Assembly: GCA_944384235.1 (NCBI GenBank)
Contig: CALWSP010000015.1
Location: forward strand, 9,068-41,067
DNA: 32,000 nucleotides
Source: an uncultured Clostridia bacterium
GTDB taxonomy: Bacteria; Bacillota; Clostridia; Lachnospirales; CAG-274
Reading direction: 5' to 3'
In this document: one piece after another, positions 1 through 8,997 of the stretch
Numbering within the stretch: position 1 is the first letter of the stretch
How the letters are laid out: the number at the start of each line of letters is the position of its first letter
Notes under the pieces: generated by a model
Told to the model about the DNA's origin: nothing
Database searches by the model: none
Seen by the model: the letters and a program-made list of their open reading frames with translations, nothing else
Position numbers and translations under genes: made by a program

Positions 1-2
1 TT

Positions 3-1529
3 ATTTTAGGTGGAATATATTATTATATTGCACTTCCTGCTATTAACATTCATTCTCCAGGGTTATGGGGATTTATAATTTCTATTGTTTTAATTTTAGA
101 AGTTATAGTTTTATATTATTTTAAAAGAAAAAGTTTAGTTAGAAAAATTTATAGTATATTTTGTGGTTTAGTTTTAGTTTTTTATGGAGTTGGCTGGGTT
201 TTATCCTCTCCAATTGTAAACGCCAGAAAATATTGTGAGCTTATTAACATTGAAGAAAGAAATTTTGTTGACGACATTAAAGAAGTTAGTTACAACGAAA
301 TACCTAGCCTTGACAAAGATTCAGCTGAAAAACTTGGACTTAGAAAAATGGGTACTATGGGTGATTTGGTTTCTCAATTTGAAGTTAACAATATGTATTC
401 TCAAATTAATTACCAAAATAAGCCTGTTAGAGTTACTCCGCTTAATTATGGAAATTTATTTAAATGGCTTAGCAACAGAAAAAATGGTATTCCAGCATAT
501 TTAAAAATAGATATGACAACACAAGATGTTGAATGTGTTAAGTTAGAAGATGGAATTAAGTATTCTACAAGCGAGCCATTTAACAGAAACATTTACAGAT
601 ATTTAAGATTTAGATACCCAACTTATATTTTTGACAATTTATCTTTTGAAATTGATGACAATGGTGTTCCAGTTTGGATTTGTCCTGTTAAAGACTATAC
701 AATAGGTCTTTATGGCGGAGTTAAAATTGATAAAGTTATTATTGTTAATGCAATTAATGGCGAGCATAAAACATATAATATAGACGAAGTTCCTAACTGG
801 GTTGACAGAGTTTATTCAGCAGAGCTTTTAATTAGCTATTATGATTATTATGGAACTTTAAGAGGTGGTTTTTTAAACAGCATTTTAGGGCAAAAAGGCT
901 GTTTGGAAACTACTGATGGATACAATTACATTGCTTTAGAGGACGATGTTTGGGTTTACACTGGAATTACTTCTGTTGCTGGAGATGAGTCAAATGTTGG
1001 TTTTGTTCTTATGAACCAAAGAACTGCTGAAACAAGGTATTATGCAATTTCTGGCGCTGAGGAGTATTCAGCTATGGCATCTGCTGAGGGGCAAGTTCAA
1101 CACTTAGGTTACAGAGCAACTTTCCCTTTACTTTTAAACATTTCTAACCAGCCTACTTATTTTATGGCTTTAAAAGACAGTGCTGGTTTAGTTAAAAATT
1201 ATGCTATGGTGAACATTTCTAAGTATCAAATTGTTGCTGTGGGTAGCTCTATTCAAGAGTGTGAGGAAAATTATATTAGATTAATAAACAGCAACGGAAT
1301 GGAAGTTAGCAAGGAAAGCACAAAGGAAATTAGCGGTGTTATTGAAAAAATATCTGAAGTTATTGTTGAGGGAAACAGCCACTATTTTATTAAATTAGCT
1401 GGAGTTGAACAATTATTTGACGTTGATATTTTAGGGAACATTAAAATTTTATCTTATGGCGTTGGAAGCAACATTGTTTTTGAATATAACGAAGGCAGTA
1501 GCTACAATGTTGTAAAAAAAATTAAATAA
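3..1529 (+). CDS. Membrane-anchored protein of unknown function, 5'-truncated by the window edge
   Basis: Frame 3 has no stop from nt 3 up to the first Met (348) used by the ORF track. The upstream part encodes hydrophobic helices (LWGFIISIVLILEVIVLYYF, IYSIFCGLVLVFYGVGWVL). A soluble domain of about 430 aa follows. No family recognised. Confidence 0.7.
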   Translation: MLGGIYYYIALPAINIHSPGLWGFIISIVLILEVIVLYYFKRKSLVRKIYSIFCGLVLVFYGVGWVLSSPIVNARKYCELINIEERNFVDDIKEVSYNEIPSLDKDSAEKLGLRKMGTMGDLVSQFEVNNMYSQINYQNKPVRVTPLNYGNLFKWLSNRKNGIPAYLKIDMTTQDVECVKLEDGIKYSTSEPFNRNIYRYLRFRYPTYIFDNLSFEIDDNGVPVWICPVKDYTIGLYGGVKIDKVIIVNAINGEHKTYNIDEVPNWVDRVYSAELLISYYDYYGTLRGGFLNSILGQKGCLETTDGYNYIALEDDVWVYTGITSVAGDESNVGFVLMNQRTAETRYYAISGAEEYSAMASAEGQVQHLGYRATFPLLLNISNQPTYFMALKDSAGLVKNYAMVNISKYQIVAVGSSIQECEENYIRLINSNGMEVSKESTKEISGVIEKISEVIVEGNSHYFIKLAGVEQLFDVDILGNIKILSYGVGSNIVFEYNEGSSYNVVKKIK

Positions 1530-1572
1530 TTTAAGAAAAAATTAAAAAAGTGTAGATTTTATTGAAAAATAG

Positions 1573-1581
1573 TGTTATAAT
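1573..1581 (+). promoter_or_regulatory. Extended -10 promoter element (TGtTATAAT) upstream of ridA-ilvA
   Basis: tgttataat sits 33 nt upstream of the ridA start. The -35 is poor. Confidence 0.4.
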
Positions 1582-1613
1582 AATGAAATTAAAAACAATT
1601 AGGGGGTTAAAAA

Positions 1614-1988
1614 ATGTTAGAAACTATTAGCACAACAAAAGCTCCTGCAGCTATTGGGCCATATTCTCAAGCAGTTGCTTTTGGCAACATTATATTTACT
1701 TCTGGTCAAATTGCTATTAATCCAGAAAATGGTGAAATTGAAGCTAAGACTATTGAAGAACAAACTGAGCAAGTTATGAAAAACCTTAAAGCTATTTTAG
1801 AAGCTACTGGAACAGATATGTCTAAAACTATTAAGACAACTTGTTTTTTAGCTGATATGAATGATTTTGCAGCATTTAACGAAGTTTATGCTAAGTATTT
1901 TACTACTAAGCCTGCTCGTTCTTGTGTTGCAGTTAAAACTTTGCCAAAAAATGTTCTTTGCGAAGTTGAAGTTATTGCTGAAAGATAA
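1614..1988 (+). CDS. ridA: RidA family reactive enamine/imine deaminase (YjgF/TdcF)
   Basis: 124 aa with typical RidA sequence (KAPAAIGPYSQA, ARSCVAV...VEVIA). RBS aggggg upstream. Confidence 0.92.
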   Translation: MLETISTTKAPAAIGPYSQAVAFGNIIFTSGQIAINPENGEIEAKTIEEQTEQVMKNLKAILEATGTDMSKTIKTTCFLADMNDFAAFNEVYAKYFTTKPARSCVAVKTLPKNVLCEVEVIAER

Positions 1989-2000
1989 GGAGTTGTAGGT

Positions 2001-3197
2001 ATGTTAACATTAGATAAAGTTTATCACGCTGCGTATACTCTTAAAAATGTTATTAGAGATACTGCAGTTATTCAAGCACCAAATATAAATAAAGAGGCAG
2101 ATGTTTATTTAAAAACAGAAAATTTACAAATTACTGGTTCTTTTAAGGTTAGAGGTGCTTATTATAAAATTTCTCAGCTTAGTCAAGAGGAAAAAGAGAA
2201 AGGTGTTATAGCTTGTTCTGCTGGAAACCACGCTCAAGGTGTGGCTTTAGCGGCAACTAAAAACGGAATTAAATCTCTTATTTGTCTTCCTGACGGTGCA
2301 CCAATTTCTAAAGTTGAGGCTACTAAAAAATATGGTGCAGATGTTTGCCTTGTTAAAGGCGTTTACGACGATGCTTATGCTAAGGCAATGGAGTTAAAAG
2401 ACGAAATGGGTTACACTTTTGTTCACCCTTTTGATGATATTGATGTTATTGCTGGGCAAGGAACTATTGGACTTGAAATTTTAGACAAATTACCAGATTT
2501 AGACGCTGTTATTGTGCCTATTGGTGGTGGCGGGCTTATATCTGGCATCGCCTTTGCTATTAAGTCTTTAAGACCTGAGTGTAAGGTTTATGGTGTTCAG
2601 GCTGAGGGTGCTCCATCTATGTATAACTCTATTAAAAAAGACGAAATTTGTCACTTGCCAAGTGTTAAGACTATTGCTGATGGTATTGCTGTTAAAACTC
2701 CTGGAGAAAACACATTTGACATTTGTTCTAAATATGTAGATGAGATTGTTACTGTTACAGACGATGAGGTTGCTTCTGCAATTTTAGCTCTTATGGAACA
2801 ACAAAAGCTTGTTTCCGAGGGTGCTGGTGCTGTGGCTGTTGCAGCTGCTATGTTTAACAAAGTTGATGTTAAAGGTAAGAAAGTTTGTTGCATTATTTCT
2901 GGTGGTAACATTGATGTTACTATATTATCTAGAGTTATTTCTAGAGGTCTTTTAAGCTCTGGCAGGTCTTTATCTATTAAAATTGAGTTAACTGACAAGC
3001 CAGGCCAGTTAGAGGCTGTTTCAAGAATTGTTGCTGGTTTAGGCGGAAACATTGTTTCTATTTACCACGATAGATACGACCTTAACATAGACATTGTATC
3101 TTGTATTTTAGATTTAAGAATTGAAACTAGGGACCACGAGCATATTAAAGCTATTGTAGAGGCTTTAAAGCAAGAGGGTTTTAAAATAGTTGAGTAA
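2001..3197 (+). CDS. ilvA: Threonine ammonia-lyase (threonine dehydratase) with C-terminal ACT-like domain
   Basis: 398 aa. PLP-lysine motif SFKVRGA, GNHAQG, glycine loop GGGGLISG, and a regulatory tail of about 80 aa. Starts 12 nt after ridA with RBS aaggag. Confidence 0.92.
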   Translation: MLTLDKVYHAAYTLKNVIRDTAVIQAPNINKEADVYLKTENLQITGSFKVRGAYYKISQLSQEEKEKGVIACSAGNHAQGVALAATKNGIKSLICLPDGAPISKVEATKKYGADVCLVKGVYDDAYAKAMELKDEMGYTFVHPFDDIDVIAGQGTIGLEILDKLPDLDAVIVPIGGGGLISGIAFAIKSLRPECKVYGVQAEGAPSMYNSIKKDEICHLPSVKTIADGIAVKTPGENTFDICSKYVDEIVTVTDDEVASAILALMEQQKLVSEGAGAVAVAAAMFNKVDVKGKKVCCIISGGNIDVTILSRVISRGLLSSGRSLSIKIELTDKPGQLEAVSRIVAGLGGNIVSIYHDRYDLNIDIVSCILDLRIETRDHEHIKAIVEALKQEGFKIVE

Positions 3198-3212
3198 TAC
3201 ATAACAAAAAAA

Positions 3213-3233
3213 AGAGCCATAGGCTCTTTTTTT
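3213..3233 (+). terminator. Rho-independent terminator after ilvA
   Basis: agagcc-ata-ggctct hairpin followed by a T-run. Confidence 0.8.
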
Positions 3234-3298
3234 ATGGAGATTTTAAATTTTTTATGGTATAATATGATTTATAAAATATTTTTTAGAGGAATTAAATT

Positions 3299-4027
3299 AT
3301 GAATTATAAAATGGTTATTGAATATGAGGGAACTCATTACAAAGGCTGGCAAAGGCAAATTTCAACAGAGAACACCATTCAAGGTGTTATTGAAAAGGCA
3401 ATTGAGCTTGCAGTGGGAGAGAAAGTTGAAATTAATGGTTCAGGAAGAACTGACGCAGGCACACACGCTTTAGGGCAGGTAGCTAGTTTTAGATTAGAAA
3501 ATGAGTATGAAAATTTGATGGACAAAATTAATGAAAAATTGCCTGCTGACATTAGAATAGTTAGTTTAAACAAGGCAAGCGACAGATTTCACGCTAGGTT
3601 AAACGCCATTGGAAAGACGTATTGTTATAAAATTGACACAGGCAAGAAAATGAATGTTTTTACAAGAAGAACTATTAATCATTTTGAATTTGAGCTTGAT
3701 TTTGACAAAATGGTTGAGGCTAGTAAAATTTTAATTGGAACACACGATTTTAAATCTTTTTGTGCTAACAAAAAAATGAAAAAAAGCACTATAAGAACTA
3801 TTAATAGCATTGAAATTGAAAAGTTTGGAACTGAAATTCATTTTACATACAGAGGTAGTGGCTTTTTATACAATATGGTTAGAATTTTGACAGGAACTTT
3901 AATTGAAGTTGGGCTTGGAAAAATAGAAGTTAGCCAGATTACGGAAATTATTGAGGCTAAAGACAGGGCAAAAGCTGGAATAACTATGCCTGCTAGAGGT
4001 TTAACCCTTGTTAGTGTTGAGTATTAG
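3299..4027 (+). CDS. truA: tRNA pseudouridine(38-40) synthase TruA
   Basis: 242 aa with catalytic motif GSGRTDAGTHALGQV. TGgTATAAT extended -10 at 3255-3263. Confidence 0.92.
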   Translation: MNYKMVIEYEGTHYKGWQRQISTENTIQGVIEKAIELAVGEKVEINGSGRTDAGTHALGQVASFRLENEYENLMDKINEKLPADIRIVSLNKASDRFHARLNAIGKTYCYKIDTGKKMNVFTRRTINHFEFELDFDKMVEASKILIGTHDFKSFCANKKMKKSTIRTINSIEIEKFGTEIHFTYRGSGFLYNMVRILTGTLIEVGLGKIEVSQITEIIEAKDRAKAGITMPARGLTLVSVEY

Positions 4028-4039
4028 TTAATAAATATG

Positions 4040-4068
4040 TTGAAAAAAAGTATGAAATGTGTTATGCT
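4040..4068 (+). promoter_or_regulatory. Sigma-A type promoter for mnaA (TTGAAA-17 nt-TATGCT with TG extension)
   Basis: ttgaaa at 4040-4045, 17-nt spacer ending in tgt, tatgct at 4063-4068. Confidence 0.6.
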
Positions 4069-4101
4069 CTTTGTAAAGATATAAATTTGAGGTGACTTAA
4101 A

Positions 4102-5247
4102 ATGGATAAAATTAAGGTTATGAGTATTTTTGGTACTAGACCAGAGGCAACAAAAATGGCTCCACTTATTAAGGCAATGGAAAAGTGTGAGCATATTGAA
4201 CAGATTGTTTGCGTAACTGCTCAGCACAGACAGATGCTTGACCAAGTTCTTGAAATATTTGAATTAAAGCCAGATTATGACTTAGACATTATGACTGAAA
4301 GACAGAGTTTGACAGGAATAACAACTAAGGCGTTAAATGGTTTAGACGAAGTTATGAAAGAGGCTAAGCCTGATTTAGTTTTAGTTCACGGCGACACTAC
4401 TACAACTTTTGCTGGTGCTATTGCTACTTTTTACAATGGAATTAAGTTAGGTCACGTTGAGGCTGGACTTAGAACTTACGACAAAACTCAGCCTTTCCCT
4501 GAGGAAATGAACAGAGTTTTAACTGGGCATATGGCTGACTTACATTTTGCTCCAACTCCTTTAGCTAAGGAACATTTATTAAAAGAAAATATTTCTGACG
4601 AGGGCATTTTTATAACAGGAAACACAGCTGTGGACTGTTTAAAGCACACTATTAGAGAAGATTTTAAATTTGATTTAGATGAGCTTAACAAAATTGATTT
4701 TAAGAACAAGAGAGTTATTACTATGACTGCTCATAGAAGGGAAAACTTGGGAGAGCCTCTTGAAAACATTTGCAAGGCTGTTTTAAGGCTTGTAAACGAA
4801 TATGAAGATGTTGAAGTTGTTTACGCTGTTCATTTTAACCCTGCTGTTAGAGAGGTTGCAAACAAGTATTTAAAAGGGCACAGCAGAGTTCATCTTGTTG
4901 ACCCTCTTGACATTGTTAATATGCACAACCTAATGAATTTAAGTTATTTAGTTATGACTGACAGCGGTGGGTTACAAGAGGAAGTTCCGTCTATGGGAAA
5001 ACCTGTTTTAGTTCTTAGAAACGTTACAGAAAGGCCAGAAGGCGTTGAGGCTGGAACTTTAAGACTTGCTGGTGTAGAGGAAGATGAAATTTATAATCAG
5101 GCTAAAGAGCTACTTGATTGCAAGGAAAGTTATGATAAGATGGTTGCAGCTAAAAATCCTTTTGGTGATGGATATGCTTCTGAAAGAATTGTTGAGGCTA
5201 TTTGCTATCATTTTGGCTTTAGAAAAGACAGACCAACGGATTATTAA
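4102..5247 (+). CDS. mnaA: UDP-N-acetylglucosamine 2-epimerase (non-hydrolysing)
   Basis: 381 aa with FGTRPEATKMAPL and HVEAGLRT motifs and a DSGGLQEE motif typical of WecB/MnaA. Confidence 0.93.
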   Translation: MDKIKVMSIFGTRPEATKMAPLIKAMEKCEHIEQIVCVTAQHRQMLDQVLEIFELKPDYDLDIMTERQSLTGITTKALNGLDEVMKEAKPDLVLVHGDTTTTFAGAIATFYNGIKLGHVEAGLRTYDKTQPFPEEMNRVLTGHMADLHFAPTPLAKEHLLKENISDEGIFITGNTAVDCLKHTIREDFKFDLDELNKIDFKNKRVITMTAHRRENLGEPLENICKAVLRLVNEYEDVEVVYAVHFNPAVREVANKYLKGHSRVHLVDPLDIVNMHNLMNLSYLVMTDSGGLQEEVPSMGKPVLVLRNVTERPEGVEAGTLRLAGVEEDEIYNQAKELLDCKESYDKMVAAKNPFGDGYASERIVEAICYHFGFRKDRPTDY

Positions 5248-5254
5248 AATTATA

Positions 5255-5288
5255 AAACTTGTCAGCTTTTGTTGGCAAGTTTTTTTAT
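5255..5288 (+). terminator. Rho-independent terminator after mnaA
   Basis: aaacttgtcagc-tttt-gttggcaagttt hairpin followed by a T-run. Confidence 0.8.
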
Positions 5289-5302
5289 TGAGGTGAAAAG
5301 AG

Positions 5303-6202
5303 ATGTATAGACTAGAAATGAGTATATGGACTTTTTTATTTTTGTTTTATATATATTGTTTTTTAGGCTGGTGTTTTGAAAGCATTTATGTGTCATACAA
5401 AGAAAAAAGATGGGTAAACAGAGGGTTTATGAAAGGGCCTTTTTTGCCTATTTATGGCACTGGGGCAGTGTGTATTTTGTTTTTTACAATTCCATTAATG
5501 AAAAGCTATTTTAGTGTTTATTTTATATCAGTAGTTGTTGCAACTTTATTAGAACTAGTTGTGGGCTTTTTAATGGAGAGAACATTTAAAGTTAAGTATT
5601 GGGATTATAGCAACAATTTTTGCAACTACAAGGGATATATTTGTTTAAAATCAAGTATTACTTGGGGAGTTATGGGGCTTTTGATAACATATGTTATTAA
5701 CGAGCCATTTGCAAAATTTATTAACTCTTTAAACACATATGTTATTATTATAATAGATTTATTAATTAGCATAGTTTTTGTTTTGGATTTAGTAAATTCT
5801 TTTAAGGCTGCTTACAATTTAAGTAAAATAATTAATTTAAATAACAAGTTAATGAATGAATTAAATGAAATTAAAATTGTTATTATGGCTTCTATTGATG
5901 AAAAGAAAGAGGAATTTGCTGAAAAGAGGGCAAATTTAGCTATTGAAATAAAAGAGGGAATTGAAAAAGCTTTATCCTACACTGAAATAGATGATATAAT
6001 TTTAGAGAAAATAGACGAATTAAGGCAATTTGACATTGATGAGCATTTAAAGCTTTGGCGAGATAAGGCAGAGGATTTAAAAGAGCGTATAGAAAACATT
6101 GACATTAAAAACATAAACTTATTAAAAAGAAACCCTAGTGCAAAGTCTAGGCTTGGGTTTGTTAAAGAAATTAAAGAAAGAACGAAAAGAAAGAAAAAAT
6201 AG
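5303..6202 (+). CDS. Multi-pass membrane protein (putative 'ABC-transporter type IV'/DUF1113-like domain) with charged coiled-coil tail
   Basis: 299 aa. The N-terminal ~170 aa is hydrophobic with an FLGWCFESIYV motif. The C-terminal ~130 aa is K/E-rich and heptad-like. RBS gaggtg. Confidence 0.75.
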   Translation: MYRLEMSIWTFLFLFYIYCFLGWCFESIYVSYKEKRWVNRGFMKGPFLPIYGTGAVCILFFTIPLMKSYFSVYFISVVVATLLELVVGFLMERTFKVKYWDYSNNFCNYKGYICLKSSITWGVMGLLITYVINEPFAKFINSLNTYVIIIIDLLISIVFVLDLVNSFKAAYNLSKIINLNNKLMNELNEIKIVIMASIDEKKEEFAEKRANLAIEIKEGIEKALSYTEIDDIILEKIDELRQFDIDEHLKLWRDKAEDLKERIENIDIKNINLLKRNPSAKSRLGFVKEIKERTKRKKK

Positions 6203-6228
6203 GACTTATGCTTTAAAGCTAAGTCCTA
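6200..6228. terminator. Bidirectional hairpin between convergent genes
   Basis: taggactta...taagtccta 9-bp stem. It contains the stop codons of both convergent genes, with an A-run upstream and a T-run downstream. Confidence 0.55.
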
Positions 6229-6556
6229 TAAATTTTTCTATATATATTAAAATTACATCAGAGAACATATAGAATAGTGTTAAAAGAGCAATGAAAAAGC
6301 AAAAAACTCCTAATATATAAAGAATTTTATATATTTTTGGAACAGAGTTATAAAATTTAAGCGCTTTTAAATAGTTTTTATGAAATTTTGAGTTTAAATA
6401 CCATTGTCTAAACCTTTCAGAACCCTTATTAAAACAAAAATATGCCACAAACAAAAAAGGAACAGTTGGAATGACTGGCAAAAGTGTTCCTATTATTCCT
6501 AAAAGTAGGAAGAAAAAGCCTAGAACAACTAGCAATTTTTTTAGCATAAAAATCAA
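6206..6556 (-). CDS. DUF454/YbaN family small inner-membrane protein
   Basis: 116 aa with two hydrophobic hairpins and an LPVIPTVPFLFVAYFCFNKGSERF motif. Its ATG overlaps the rsmI stop by 4 nt (ATGA). Confidence 0.8.
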   Translation of the reverse strand: MIFMLKKLLVVLGFFFLLLGIIGTLLPVIPTVPFLFVAYFCFNKGSERFRQWYLNSKFHKNYLKALKFYNSVPKIYKILYILGVFCFFIALLTLFYMFSDVILIYIEKFIGLSFKA

Positions 6557-7383
6557 CCCTTTATTTCTTTATATACATCTCTTTTTCCTATACCTCTATC
6601 TTTTGCAACTTGTTTCATTGCAGTTTTTTCATCAAAGCCTTGCGATATATATTGATTAAAATGTTCAAGAATTGATGTTTCTTGAATTTTAGATATTTCT
6701 TCAGCTTTTAATTTTTCTACATTAGCTCCTTCAAGAACTAAAACAAATTCGCCTTTTGGCTCATTTTGTTCAAAGTGGGATATTATTTCAGAAATTTTTC
6801 CTTTGTTTACAGTTTCGTGTTTTTTTGTTAGCTCTCTTTCAACAGCTATTAACCTATCTCCAGCATATTCTAGAAGGTCTTTTAAAGTTGATAAAAGGTG
6901 GTGTGGGGCTTCATAAAAGACTGTTGTTCTTGTTTCTAGTTTTAGTTTTGAAAGAACTTCTTGTCTTTGTTTTTTATTTTTAGGTAAAAAGCCTTCAAAA
7001 ATATAGCTTCTTGTGCTTAGACCGCTTAAAACTAAGGCTGTTACTACTGCTGTTGGACCAGGGACAACTGTGACTTCTATATTATTTTCATAACAAAGTT
7101 TAACTAAGTCTTCGCCTGGATCTGATATGGCTGGCATACCAGCATCGCTAACTAGCGCTATATTTTTACCATCTTTTAGCATATTTATTAGTTGTTTACC
7201 TTTTGTGTCTTTATTATGCTCGTGATAGCTTGTTAGAGGAGTTTTTATATTAAAGTGATTTAAAAGCTTTACACTTTGTCTTGTATCTTCAGCTGCTATT
7301 AAATCTACTTCTTCTAAAACTCTAATGGCTCTAAGAGTCATATCCTCCATATTTCCTATTGGTGTACCACAAATGTATAACAT
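6553..7383 (-). CDS. rsmI: 16S rRNA (cytidine1402-2'-O)-methyltransferase RsmI
   Basis: 276 aa. N-terminus LYICGTPIGNMEDMTLRAIRVLEEVDLIAAEDTR is typical of RsmI/YabC tetrapyrrole-methylase-fold enzymes. Confidence 0.92.
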   Translation of the reverse strand: MLYICGTPIGNMEDMTLRAIRVLEEVDLIAAEDTRQSVKLLNHFNIKTPLTSYHEHNKDTKGKQLINMLKDGKNIALVSDAGMPAISDPGEDLVKLCYENNIEVTVVPGPTAVVTALVLSGLSTRSYIFEGFLPKNKKQRQEVLSKLKLETRTTVFYEAPHHLLSTLKDLLEYAGDRLIAVERELTKKHETVNKGKISEIISHFEQNEPKGEFVLVLEGANVEKLKAEEISKIQETSILEHFNQYISQGFDEKTAMKQVAKDRGIGKRDVYKEIKG

Positions 7384-7398
7384 ATTTTCTCCTATTAT

Positions 7399-8127
7399 TT
7401 AGTTATGATAAATATTATTTATTTCTTTTGTATAATTACCATTTTCATCATATATAAAGAGGGTAGGAAGGGACTTTAAAGAGGGTTTACCTCCTTTTAC
7501 AAATTCTAAAAGCAAAAGTTCAGGAGCTTTTTTTTGGTTTGATTGAACAATTTGAATTGTTTTAGGTTCTATTTTATATTTTCTTGCTGAGTTAAAAATG
7601 TCAACTAGTCTTTCAACTCTATGAACCATATACATTCTTCCGCCATATTTAAGCATTTTATTTGATGCTAAAAACACATCATCTATATTGCAAGATATTT
7701 CGTGTCTTGAAATTGTTTTTGGTGTGTTTTCGTTTAAATAGCCTGTTCCTTTAACCATATAGGGTGGGTTACAAGTTATTACATCAAAAGAAGATGGTTT
7801 AAAAAAGTTTAAACACTCTTTTAAATCTCCATTTATTATATTTATTTTATGTTGTAAATTATTTAAAACAACAGAACGCATAGCCATATTTGCAATGTCT
7901 TTTTGTATTTCTATGGCTGAAAAATGTTTACCATTTGTTTTTGCCTCAAGAAGAATTGGGATTATTCCTGTGCCAGTGCAAAGGTCTAAAACATTTTCAT
8001 TTTTTTTAACCTTTGCAAAGCCACTTAAGAGAACAGCGTCAATTCCAAAGCAAAAGCCATCTATTTTTTGGATAATTTTATATCCGTTTCTATGAAGGTC
8101 ATCTATTCGTTCGTCTTTATTGCACAT
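7399..8127 (-). CDS. SAM-dependent N6-adenine methyltransferase, YabB/TrmN6-like (tRNA m6A37-type)
   Basis: 242 aa with SAM motif VLDLCTGTG and catalytic NPPY. Its position downstream of ricT matches Bacillus yabB. Confidence 0.8.
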   Translation of the reverse strand: MCNKDERIDDLHRNGYKIIQKIDGFCFGIDAVLLSGFAKVKKNENVLDLCTGTGIIPILLEAKTNGKHFSAIEIQKDIANMAMRSVVLNNLQHKINIINGDLKECLNFFKPSSFDVITCNPPYMVKGTGYLNENTPKTISRHEISCNIDDVFLASNKMLKYGGRMYMVHRVERLVDIFNSARKYKIEPKTIQIVQSNQKKAPELLLLEFVKGGKPSLKSLPTLFIYDENGNYTKEINNIYHN

Positions 8128-8996
8128 TAGTCTAAAATATCCTTTAAATCCTCGTTATTTATGTTTTCGTCTTTTTTATATCTTCTTTTTAAGATTTTGA
8201 CTTCATCAGAGGAGAAAAAGGCAATTCCTACATCGTTTTTTGGTGGTTTTCTAATGGCAACTTTTAAAGTTTGTTTAAGCACATTTACAGACAAAACTTC
8301 ACCTTGTCCATCTGGCGTTTCAACCAAGTCACCTTCTTTAGGCAGTTTTTTTAGAAGCTCTTCATATACATTTTGTTCATATTTTAGGCAACACATTAAC
8401 CTACCACAAACACCTGAAATTTTTGTTGGGTTTAAAGAAAGGCCCTGGTCTTTTGCCATTTTTATGCTAACTGGGTGAAAATCTCCCAAGAAAGTGGAGC
8501 AACAAAGAGTTCTACCACAAATTCCTATTCCATTTAGATATTTTGCTTCATCTCTTACACCTATTTGGCGAAGTTCTATTCTTGTTTTAAAAATTGCGGC
8601 TAAATCTTTTACTAAATCTCTAAAGTCTATTCTTCCATCTGCTGTGAAGTAAAATATTAATTTACTATTATCAAAGGTAAGTTCAGAAGAAATTAGACGC
8701 ATATCTAGTTTATGGGCTTTTATTTTTTCTTTACATATTTGAAAAGCTTCCTGACTTTTTTCTTTATTTTCTTTATTTTTTTCAATATCCTCACTATTTG
8801 CAACTCGTATTATTGGCTTTAGTGGTGGAACAATTGTGTCATCATTTACATCTCTATTTGGTATAACTACCATACCAAATTCTATTCCTCGTGAAGTTTC
8901 AACAATGACATTTTGACCATAGGAGTATTGATTATTTTCTGGGTCAAAGTAGTAAATTTTGCCTACTTTTTTAAACCTAACACCTACTACTATCAT
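8127..8996 (-). CDS. ricT: PSP1-domain protein RicT/YaaT (stage 0 sporulation/RNA maturation complex)
   Basis: 289 aa with a Cys-rich PSP1 core (CGRTLCCSTFL...GVCGRLMCCLKYE). Overlaps the next gene as TAATG. Confidence 0.9.
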   Translation of the reverse strand: MIVVGVRFKKVGKIYYFDPENNQYSYGQNVIVETSRGIEFGMVVIPNRDVNDDTIVPPLKPIIRVANSEDIEKNKENKEKSQEAFQICKEKIKAHKLDMRLISSELTFDNSKLIFYFTADGRIDFRDLVKDLAAIFKTRIELRQIGVRDEAKYLNGIGICGRTLCCSTFLGDFHPVSIKMAKDQGLSLNPTKISGVCGRLMCCLKYEQNVYEELLKKLPKEGDLVETPDGQGEVLSVNVLKQTLKVAIRKPPKNDVGIAFFSSDEVKILKRRYKKDENINNEDLKDILD

Positions 8997-8997
8997 T

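Noticed and set aside
235-504. 89-aa plus-strand ORF overlapping the first gene out of frame.
   Set aside because: The overlapping frame 3 is continuous from nt 3 to 1529 with protein-like composition. The 89-aa product is Leu/Lys/Thr low-complexity with no RBS.
2651-3052. 133-aa ORF antisense to ilvA. Similar antisense ORFs lie at 11935-12246 (trxA), 14351-14698 (thiD), 21045-21356 (glmU), 24961-25242 and 28912-29166.
   Set aside because: Each is fully embedded opposite a confidently identified gene. They have no RBS, their composition is low-complexity and Ser/Leu/Phe-rich, and stop-poor antisense frames are expected from the codon bias of the sense genes.
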